Source of the DNA: Azolla caroliniana
Taxonomy: Eukaryota; Plantae; Polypodiophyta
DNA: 64,000 nt
Direction: 5' to 3'
NCBI GenBank assembly: GCA_043228905.1
Contig: JBHGNT010000024.1
Location: 310,001 to 374,000, forward strand
Part shown: positions 53,886 to 64,000 of the stretch, piece by piece
Layout of the letters: every line of letters begins with the position of its first letter
Numbering within the stretch: position 1 is the stretch's first letter
Notes under the pieces: generated by a model
Told to the model about the DNA's origin: nothing
Databases searched by the model: none
The model's input: only the letters and a program-made list of their open reading frames with translations
Translations under genes and position numbers: made by a program

Positions 53886-56800
53886 CTCAGGTCGAGAGAC
53901 ATGACGAAATTACCAAATTTGAGGACTGAGTTGAGAAGAGCTAGTAGGTAAATTAAAATGTTCATACCTGGCTCGTGTCATATCGGATTTTTGTGTTCAA
54001 ACATGCAAATCGAAGCTAGCAACGCTAGCTATGATATGGAATTAAAAAATCAAGATTTTGAAACTCAGGTCGAGAGATGTGACGAAATTACCAAATTTGA
54101 GGAGTGATTTGAGAGGAGCCCTTGAGTAAATTAAAATGTTCATACCTGGCTCGTGTGATATCGGATTTTTGTGTTCAAACATGCGAATCGAAGCTAACAA
54201 CGCTAGCTATGATATGGAATTAAAAAATCAAGATTTTGAAACTCATGTCGAGAGATGTGACGAAATTACCAAATTTGAGGAGTGATTTGAGAGGAGCCCT
54301 TGAGTAAATTAAAATGTTCATATTGGGCTCGTGTGATATCGGATTTTTGTGTTCAAACATGCAAATCGAAGCTAACAACGCTACCTATGATATGGAATTA
54401 AAAAATCAAGATTTTTAAACTCAGGTCGAGAGACATGATGAAAATAGCAAACTTGAGGAGGGAGTTGAGAAGAGCCCTTGAGTAAATTAAAATGTTCATA
54501 CCTCGCTCGTGTGATATCGGATTTTTGTGTTCAAACATGCGAATCGAAGCTAACAACGCTACCTATGATATGGAATTAAAAAATCAAGATTTTTAAACTC
54601 AGGTCGAGAGACATGACGAAATTACCAAATTTGAGGACTGAGTTGAGAAGAGCTAGTAGGTAAATTAAAATGTTCATACCTAGGTCGTGTGATATCGGAT
54701 TTTTGTGTTCAAACATGCGAATCGAAGCTAACAACGCTACCTATGATATGGAATTAAAAAATCAAGATTTTGAAACTCAGGTCGAGAGACATGACGAAAA
54801 TAGCAAACTTGAGGAAGGAGTTGAGAGGAGCCCTTGAGTAAATTAAAATGTTCATACCTGGCTCGTGTGATATCGGATTTTTGTGTTCAAACATGCGAAT
54901 CGAAGCTAACAACGCTACCTATGATATGGAATTAAAAAATCAAGAATTTGAAACTCAGATCGAGAGATGTGACGAAATTACCAAATTTGAGGAGTGATTT
55001 GAGAGGAGCCCTTGAGTAAATTAAAATGTTCATATCGGGCTCGTGTGATATCGGATTTTTGTGTTCAAACATGCAAATCGAAGCTAACAACGCTACCTAT
55101 GATATGGAATTAAAAAATCAAGATTTTTAAACTCAGGTCGAGAGACATGATGAAAATAGCAAACTTGAGGAGGGAGTTGAGAAGAGCCCTTGAGTAAATT
55201 AAAATGTTCATACCTGGCTCGTGTGATATCGGATTTTTGTGTTCAAACATGCGAATCGAAGCTAACAACACTAGCTATGATATGGAATTAAAAAATCAAG
55301 ATTTTGAAACTCAGGTCGAGAGATGTGACGAAATTACCAAATTTGAGGACTGAGTTGAGAAGAGCTAGTAGGTAAATTAAAATGTTCATACCTGGCTCGT
55401 GTCATATCGGATTTTTGTGTTCAAACATGCAAATCGAAGCTAGCAACGCTAGCTATGATATGGAATTAAAAAATCAAGATTTTGAAACTCAGGTCGAGAG
55501 ATGTGACGAAATTACCAAATTTGAGGAGTGATTTGAGAGGAGCCCTTGAGTAAATTAAAATGTTCATATCGGGCTCGTGTGATATCGGATTTTTGTGTTC
55601 AAACATGCAAATCGAAGCTAACAACGCTAGCTATGATATGGAATTAAAAAATCAAGATTTTGAAACTCAGGTCGAGAGATGTGACGAAATTACCAAATTT
55701 GAGGACTGAGTTGAGAAGAGCTAGTAGGTAAATTAAAATGTTCATACCTGGCTCGTGTCATATCGGATTTTTGTGTTCAAACATGCAAATCGAAGCTAGC
55801 AACGCTAGCTATGATATGGAATTAAAAAATCAAGATTTTGAAACTCAGGTCGAGAGATGTGACGAAATTACCAAATTTGAGGACTGAGTTGAGAAGAGCT
55901 AGTAGGTAAATTAAAATGTTCATACCTGGCTCGTGTCATATCGGATTTTTGTGTTCAAACATGCAAATCGAAGCTAGCAACGCTAGCTATGATATGGAAT
56001 TAAAAAATCAAGATTTTGAAACTCAGGTCGAGAGATGTGACGAAATTACCAAATTTGAGGAGTGATTTGAGAGGAGCCCTTGAGTAAATTAAAATGTTCA
56101 TACCTGGCTCGTGTGATATCGGATTTTTGTGTTCAAACATGCGAATCGAAGCTAACAACGCTACCTATGATATGGAATTAAAAAATCAAGATTTTGAAAC
56201 TCATGTCGAGAGATGTGACGAAATTACCAAATTTGAGGAGTGATTTGAGAGGAGCCCTTGAGTAAATTAAAATGTTCATATCGGGCTCGTGTGATATCGG
56301 ATTTTTGTGTTCAAACATGCAAATCGAAGCTAACAACGCTACCTATGATATGGAATTAAAAAATCAAGATTTTTAAACTCAGGTCGAGAGACATGATGAA
56401 AATAGCAAACTTGAGGAGGGAGTTGAGAAGAGCCCTTGAGTAAATTAAAATGTTCATACCTCGCTCGTGTGATATCGGATTTTTGTGTTCAAACATGCGA
56501 ATCGAAGCTAACAACGCTACCTATGATATGGAATTAAAAAATCAAGATTTTTAAACTCAGGTCGAGAGACATGACGAAATTACCAAATTTGAGGACTGAG
56601 TTGAGAAGAGCTAGTAGGTAAATTAAAATGTTCATACCTAGGTCGTGTGATATCGGATTTTTGTGTTCAAACATGCGAATCGAAGCTAACAACGCTACCT
56701 ATGATATGGAATTAAAAAATCAAGATTTTGAAACTCAGGTCGAGAGACATGACGAAAATAGCAAACTTGAGGAAGGAGTTGAGAGGAGCCCTTGAGTAAA

Positions 56801-59800
56801 TTAAAATGTTCATACCTGGCTCGTGTGATATCGGATTTTTGTGTTCAAACATGCGAATCGAAGCTAACAACGCTACCTATGATATGGAATTAAAAAATCA
56901 AGAATTTGAAACTCAGATCGAGAGATGTGACGAAATTACCAAATTTGAGGAGTGATTTGAGAGGAGCCCTTGAGTAAATTAAAATGTTCATATCGGGCTC
57001 GTGTGATATCGGATTTTTGTGTTCAAACATGCAAATCGAAGCTAACAACGCTACCTATGATATGGAATTAAAAAATCAAGATTTTTAAACTCAGGTCGAG
57101 AGACATGATGAAAATAGCAAACTTGAGGAGGGAGTTGAGAAGAGCCCTTGAGTAAATTAAAATGTTCATACCTGGCTGGTGTGATATCGGATTTTTGTGT
57201 TCAAACATGCAAATCGAAGCTAACAACGCTAGCTATGATATGGAATTAAAAAATCAAGAATTTGAAACTCAGGTCGAGAGACATGACGAAAATAGCAAAC
57301 TTGACGAGGGAGTTGAGAGGAGCCCTTGAGTAAATTAAAATGTTCATACCTAGCTCGTGTGATATCGGATTTTTGTGTTCAAACATGCAAATCGAAGCTA
57401 ACAACGCTACCTATGATATGGAATTAAAAAATCAAGATTTTCAAACTCAGCTCGAGAGACATGACGAAAATAGCAAACTTGAGGAAGGAGTTGAGAAGAG
57501 CTAGTAGGTCAATTAAAATGTTCATACCTGGCTCGTGTGATATCCGATTTTTGTGTTCAAACATGGGAATCGAAGCTAACAACGCTAGCTATGATATGGA
57601 ATTAAAAAATCAACATTTTGAAACTCATGTCGAGAGATGTGACGAAATTACCAAATTTGAGGAGTGATTTGAGAGGAGCCCTTGAGTAAATTAAAATGTT
57701 CATATCGGGCTCGTGTGATATCGGATTTTTGTGTTCAAACATGCGAATCGAAGCTAACAACGCTACCTATGATATGGAATTAAAAAATCAAGAATTTGAA
57801 ACTCAGGTCGAGAGACATGATGAAAATAGCAAACTTGAGGAGGGAGTTGAGAAGAGCCCTTGAGTAAATTAAAATGTTCATATCGGGCTCGTGTGATATC
57901 GGATTTTTGTGTTCAAACATGCGAATCGAAGCTAACAACGCTACCTATGATATGGAATTAAAAAATCAGGATTTTGAAACTCAGGTCGAGAGATGTGACG
58001 AAATTACCAAATTTGAGGAGTGATTTGAGAGGAGCCCTTGAGTAAATTAAAATGTTCATACCTGGCTCGTGTGATATCGGATTTTTGTGTTCAAACATGC
58101 GAATCGAAGCTAACAACGCTAGCTATGATATGGAATTAAAAAATCAAGATTTTGAAACTCATGTCGAGAGATGTGACGAAATTACCAAATTTGAGGAGTG
58201 ATTTGAGAGGAGCCCTTGAGTAAATTAAAATGTTCATATCGGGCTCGTGTGATATCGGATTTTTGTGTTCAAACATGCAAATCGAAGCTAACAACGCTAG
58301 CTATGATATGGAATTAAAAAATCAAGATTTTGAAACTCAGGTCGAGAGATGTGACGAAATTACCAAATTTGAGGACTGAGTTGAGAAGAGCTAGTAGGTA
58401 AATTAAAATGTTCATACCTGGCTCGTGTCATATCGGATTTTTGTGTTCAAACATGCAAATCGAAGCTAGCAACGCTAGCTATGATATGGAATTAAAAAAT
58501 CAAGATTTTGAAACTCAGGTCGAGAGATGTGACGAAATTACCAAATTTGAGGAGTGATTTGAGAGGAGCCCTTGAGTAAATTAAAATGTTCATATCGGGC
58601 TCGTGTGATATCGGATTTTTGTGTTCAAACATGCAAATCGAAGCTAACAACGCTAGCTATGATATGGAATTAAAAAATCAAGATTTTGAAACTCAGGTCG
58701 AGAGATGTGACGAAATTACCAAATTTGAGGACTGAGTTGAGAAGAGCTAGTAGGTAAATTAAAATGTTCATACCTGGCTCGTGTCATATCGGATTTTTGT
58801 GTTCAAACATGCAAATCGAAGCTAGCAACGCTAGCTATGATATGGAATTAAAAAATCAAGATTTTGAAACTCAGGTCGAGAGATGTGACGAAATTACCAA
58901 ATTTGAGGAGTGATTTGAGAGGAGCCCTTGAGTAAATTAAAATGTTCATACCTGGCTCGTGTGATATCGGATTTTTGTGTTCAAACATGCGAATCGAAGC
59001 TAACAACGCTACCTATGATATGGAATTAAAAAATCAAGATTTTGAAACTCATGTCGAGAGATGTGACGAAATTACCAAATTTGAGGAGTGATTTGAGAGG
59101 AGCCCTTGAGTAAATTAAAATGTTCATATCGGGCTCGTGTGATATCGGATTTTTGTGTTCAAACATGCAAATCGAAGCTAACAACGCTACCTATGATATG
59201 GAATTAAAAAATCAAGATTTTTAAACTCAGGTCGAGAGACATGATGAAAATAGCAAACTTGAGGAGGGAGTTGAGAAGAGCCCTTGAGTAAATTAAAATG
59301 TTCATACCTCGCTCGTGTGATATCGGATTTTTGTGTTCAAACATGCGAATCGAAGCTAACAACGCTACCTATGATATGGAATTAAAAAATCAAGATTTTT
59401 AAACTCAGGTCGAGAGACATGACGAAATTACCAAATTTGAGGACTGAGTTGAGAAGAGCTAGTAGGTAAATTAAAATGTTCATACCTAGGTCGTGTGATA
59501 TCGGATTTTTGTGTTCAAACATGCGAATCGAAGCTAACAACGCTACCTATGATATGGAATTAAAAAATCAAGATTTTGAAACTCAGGTCGAGAGACATGA
59601 CGAAAATAGCAAACTTGAGGAAGGAGTTGAGAGGAGCCCTTGAGTAAATTAAAATGTTCATACCTGGCTCGTGTGATATCGGATTTTTGTGTTCAAACAT
59701 GCGAATCGAAGCTAACAACGCTACCTATGATATGGAATTAAAAAATCAAGAATTTGAAACTCAGATCGAGAGATGTGACGAAATTACCAAATTTGAGGAG

Positions 59801-60827
59801 TGATTTGAGAGGAGCCCTTGAGTAAATTAAAATGTTCATATCGGGCTCGTGTGATATCGGATTTTTGTGTTCAAACATGCAAATCGAAGCTAACAACGCT
59901 ACCTATGATATGGAATTAAAAAATCAAGATTTTTAAACTCAGGTCGAGAGACATGATGAAAATAGCAAACTTGAGGAGGGAGTTGAGAAGAGCCCTTGAG
60001 TAAATTAAAATGTTCATACCTGGCTGGTGTGATATCGGATTTTTGTGTTCAAACATGCAAATCGAAGCTAACAACGCTAGCTATGATATGGAATTAAAAA
60101 ATCAAGAATTTGAAACTCAGGTCGAGAGACATGACGAAAATAGCAAACTTGAGGAGGGAGTTGAGAGGAGCCCTTGAGTAAATTAAAATGTTCATACCTA
60201 GCTCGTGTGATATCGGATTTTTGTGTTCAAACATGCAAATCGAAGCTAACAACGCTACCTATGATATGGAATTAAAAAATCAAGATTTTCAAACTCAGCT
60301 CGAGAGACATGACGAAAATAGCAAACTTGAGGAAGGAGTTGAGAAGAGCTAGTAGGTCAATTAAAATGTTCATACCTGGCTCGTGTGATATCCGATTTTT
60401 GTGTTCAAACATGGGAATCGAAGCTAACAACGCTAGCTATGATATGGAATTAAAAAATCAACATTTTGAAACTCATGTCGAGAGATGTGACGAAATTACC
60501 AAATTTGAGGAGTGATTTGAGAGGAGCCCTTGAGTAAATTAAAATGTTCATATCGGGCTCGTGTGATATCGGATTTTTGTGTTCAAACATGCGAATCGAA
60601 GCTAACAACGCTACCTATGATATGGAATTAAAAAATCAAGATTTTGAAACTCAGGTCGAGAGACATGATGAAAATAGCAAACTTGAGGAGGGAGTTGAGA
60701 AGAGCCCTTGAGTAAATTAAAATGTTCATATCGGGCTCGTGTGATATCGGATTTTTGTGTTCAAACATGCGAATCGAAGCTAATAACGCTACCTATGATA
60801 TGGAATTAAAAAATCAAGAATTTGAAA
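53886..60827 (+). repeat. Overlapping local duplications at 11- and 16-monomer spacing
   Basis: TAGGTCGTG marker at 54681, 56639 (1958 = 11x178) and 59487 (2848 = 16x178); identical ORF translation at 57461 and 60309 (2848 apart). Confidence 0.82.
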
Positions 60828-63800
60828 CTCAGGTCGAGAGACATGATGAAAATAGCAAACTCAGGTCGAGAGACATGACGAAAATAACAAACTTGAGGAA
60901 CGAGTTGAGAAGAGCTAGTAGGTAAATTAAAATGTTCATACCTGGCTCGTGTGATATCGGATTTTTGTGTTCAAACATGTGAATCGAAGCTAACAACGCT
61001 AGCTATGATATGGAATTAAAAAATCAAGATTTTGAAACTCAGGTCGAGAGATGTGACGAAATTACCAAATTTGAGGAGTGATTTGAGAGGAGCCCTTGAG
61101 TAAATTAAAATGTTCATATCGGGCTCGTGTGATATCGGATTTTTGTGTTCAAACATGCAAATCGAAGCTAACAACGCTACCTATGATATGGAATTAAAAA
61201 ATCAAGATTTTTAAACTCAGGTCGAGAGACATGATGAAAATAGCAAACTTGAGGAGGGAGTTGAGAAGAGCCCTTGAGTAAATTAAAATGTTCATACCTC
61301 GCTCGTGTGATATCGGATTTTTGTGTTCAAACATGCGAATCGAAGCTAACAACGCTAGCTATGATATGGAATTAAAAAATCAAGATTTTTAAACTCAGGT
61401 CGAGAGACATGACGAAATTACCAAATTTGAGGACTGAGTTGAGAAGAGCTAGTAGGTAAATTAAAATGTTCATACCTAGGTCGTGTGATATCGGATTTTT
61501 GTGTTCAAACATGCGAATCGAAGCTAACAACGCTACCTATGATATGGAATTAAAAAATCAAGATTTTGAAACTCAGGTCGAGAGACATGACGAAAATAGC
61601 AAACTTGAGGAAGGAGTTGAGAGGAGCCCTTGAGTAAATTAAAATGTTCATACCTGGCTCGTGTGATATCGGATTTTTGTGTTCAAACATGCGAATCGAA
61701 GCTAACAACGCTACCTATGATATGGAATTAAAAAATCAAGAATTTGAAACTCAGATCGAGAGATGTGACGAAATTACCAAATTTGAGGAGTGATTTGAGA
61801 GGAGCCCTTGAGTAAATTAAAATGTTCATATCGGGCTCGTGTGATATCGGATTTTTGTGTTCAAACATGCAAATCGAAGCTAACAACGCTACCTATGATA
61901 TGGAATTAAAAAATCAAGATTTTTAAACTCAGGTCGAGAGACATGATGAAAATAGCAAACTTGAGGAGGGAGTTGAGAAGAGCCCTTGAGTAAATTAAAA
62001 TGTTCATACCTGGCTGGTGTGATATCGGATTTTTGTGTTCAAACATGCAAATCGAAGCTAACAACGCTAGCTATGATATGGAATTAAAAAATCAAGAATT
62101 TGAAACTCAGGTCGAGAGACATGACGAAAATAGCAAACTTGAGGAGGGAGTTGAGAGGAGCCCTTGAGTAAATTAAAATGTTCATACCTAGCTCGTGTGA
62201 TATCGGATTTTTGTGTTCAAACATGCAAATCGAAGCTAACAACGCTACCTATGATATGGAATTAAAAAATCAAGATTTTCAAACTCAGCTCGAGAGACAT
62301 GACGAAAATAGCAAACTTGAGGAAGGAGTTGAGAAGAGCTAGTAGGTCAATTAAAATGTTCATACCTGGCTCGTGTGATATCCGATTTTTGTGTTCAAAC
62401 ATGGGAATCGAAGCTAACAACGCTAGCTATGATATGGAATTAAAAAATCAACATTTTGAAACTCATGTCGAGAGATGTGACGAAATTACCAAATTTGAGG
62501 AGTGATTTGAGAGGAGCCCTTGAGTAAATTAAAATGTTCATATCGGGCTCGTGTGATATCGGATTTTTGTGTTCAAACATGCGAATCGAAGCTAACAACG
62601 CTACCTATGATATGGAATTAAAAAATCAAGAATTTGAAACTCAGGTCGAGAGACATGATGAAAATAGCAAACTTGAGGAGGGAGTTGAGAAGAGCCCTTG
62701 AGTAAATTAAAATGTTCATATCGGGCTCGTGTGATATCGGATTTTTGTGTTCAAACATGCGAATCGAAGCTAACAACGCTACCTATGATATGGAATTAAA
62801 AAATCAAGAATTTGAAACTCAGGTCGAGAGACATGATGAAAATAGCAAACTCAGGTCGAGAGACATGACGAAAATAACAAACTTGAGGAACGAGTTGAGA
62901 AGAGCTAGTAGGTAAATTAAAATGTTCATACCTGGCTCGTGTGATATCGGATTTTTGTGTTCAAACATGTGAATCGAAGCTAACAACGCTAGCTATGATA
63001 TGGAATTAAAAAATCAAGATTTTGAAACTCAGGTCGAGAGATGTGACGAAATTACCAAATTTGAGGAGTGATTTGAGCGGAGCCCTTGAGTAAATTAAAA
63101 TGTTCATATCGGGCTCGTGTGATATCAGATTTTTGTGTTCAAACATGCAAATCGAAGCTAACAACGCTACCTATGATATGGAATTAAAAAATCAAGATTT
63201 TTAAACTCAGGTCGAGAGACATGATGAAAATAGCAAACTTGAGGAGGGAGTTGAGAAGAGCCCTTGAGTAAATTAAAATGTTCATACCTCGCTCGTGTGA
63301 TATCGGATTTTTGTGTTCAAACATGCGAATCGAAGCTAACAACGCTAGCTATGATATGGAATTAAAAAATCAAGATTTTTAAACTCAGGTCGAGAGACAT
63401 GACGAAATTACCAAATTTGAGGACTGAGTTGAGAAGAGCTAGTAGGTAAATTAAAATGTTCATACCTAGGTCGTGTGATATCGGATTTTTGTGTTCAAAC
63501 ATGCGAATCGAAGCTAACAACGCTACCTATGATATGGAATTAAAAAATCAAGATTTTGAAACTCAGGTCGAGAGACATGACGAAAATAGCAAACTTGAGG
63601 AAGGAGTTGAGAGGAGCCCTTGAGTAAATTAAAATGTTCATACCTGGCTCGTGTGATATCGGATTTTTGTGTTCAAACATGCGAATCGAAGCTAACAACG
63701 CTACCTATGATATGGAATTAAAAAATCAAGAATTTGAAACTCAGATCGAGAGATGTGACGAAATTACCAAATTTGAGGAGTGATTTGAGAGGAGCCCTTG

Positions 63801-64000
63801 AGTAAATTAAAATGTTCATATCGGGCTCGTGTGATATCGGATTTTTGTGTTCAAACATGCAAATCGAAGCTAACAACGCTACCTATGATATGGAATTAAA
63901 AAATCAAGATTTTTAAACTCAGGTCGAGAGACATGATGAAAATAGCAAACTTGAGGAGGGAGTTGAGAAGAGCCCTTGAGTAAATTAAAATGTTCATACC
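59055..64000 (+). repeat. Local HOR with non-integer period 1990 bp (11x178 + 32), ~2.5 copies, running off the window
   Basis: TAGGTCGTG at 59487, 61477, 63467; ORF pairs 60309/62299 and 60722/62712; 32-bp monomer fragment at 60828-60859 and 62818-62849. Confidence 0.93.

Larger units (their letters stand above)
1..64000 (+). repeat. Tandem satellite DNA array, 178-bp monomer, 359 units plus a partial unit; probable (peri)centromeric satellite
   Basis: CTCA(G/A)GTC monomer starts at 1, 179, 357 ... 63918; (63918-1)-15 = 359x178, where +15 is the sum of observed indels (-1,+1,-1,+1,+1,+1,-12,-13,-26,+32,+32). No unique sequence or strand switch seen. The satellite call is direct; centromeric function is only inferred from monomer size and HOR organisation. 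Confidence 0.98.

Noticed and set aside
35796-62915. Scattered 60-68-aa ORFs (35796, 36604, 53524, 57461, 60309, 60722, 62299, 62712)
   Set aside because: Produced by single stop-removing variants or by the 32-bp junction in other frames of the same monomer; their recurrence simply tracks HOR duplications.
1-64000. CRISPR array or integron-like cassette array
   Set aside because: No unique spacers or cassettes: the entire 178-bp unit is repeated, and there are no cas or integrase genes.
1-64000. Transposon insertion, inversion or telomeric repeat interrupting the array
   Set aside because: Phase bookkeeping accounts for every base as 178-bp units plus small indels; no reverse-orientation monomers or telomere motifs were seen.

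Overview
The whole 64-kb window is one uninterrupted, head-to-tail, single-orientation tandem satellite array with a 178-bp monomer (~39% GC, + strand ~60% purine, hand-counted from the consensus CTCAGGTCGAGAGACATGACGAAAATAGCAAACTTGAGGAGGGAGTTGAGAGGAGCCCTTGAGTAAATTAAAATGTTCATACCTGGCTCGTGTGATATCGGATTTTTGTGTTCAAACATGCGAATCGAAGCTAACAACGCTAGCTATGATATGGAATTAAAAAATCAAGATTTTGAAA). Monomer starts run from 1 to 63918, which equals 359x178 plus a net +15 bp, exactly the sum of the eleven indels I could locate. Nucleosome-scale monomer length, homogeneity and local higher-order repeats (HORs) point to a eukaryotic (peri)centromeric satellite, plausibly plant (inference; I do not recognise the family and it does not look like Arabidopsis CEN178). 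I found no credible genes, RNA genes, transposon insertions, inversions or CRISPR arrays; all listed ORFs are by-products of the repeat. The interest lies in the array's internal history: three compositional domains, short-lived nested HORs (2- to 24-mers), microhomology-flanked deletions, a 13-bp locally templated insertion resembling a polymerase-theta repair scar, an amplified out-of-register junction, and recurrent variants that perfect a quasi-palindrome. All alignments were done by eye, so block boundaries are approximate to about one monomer.
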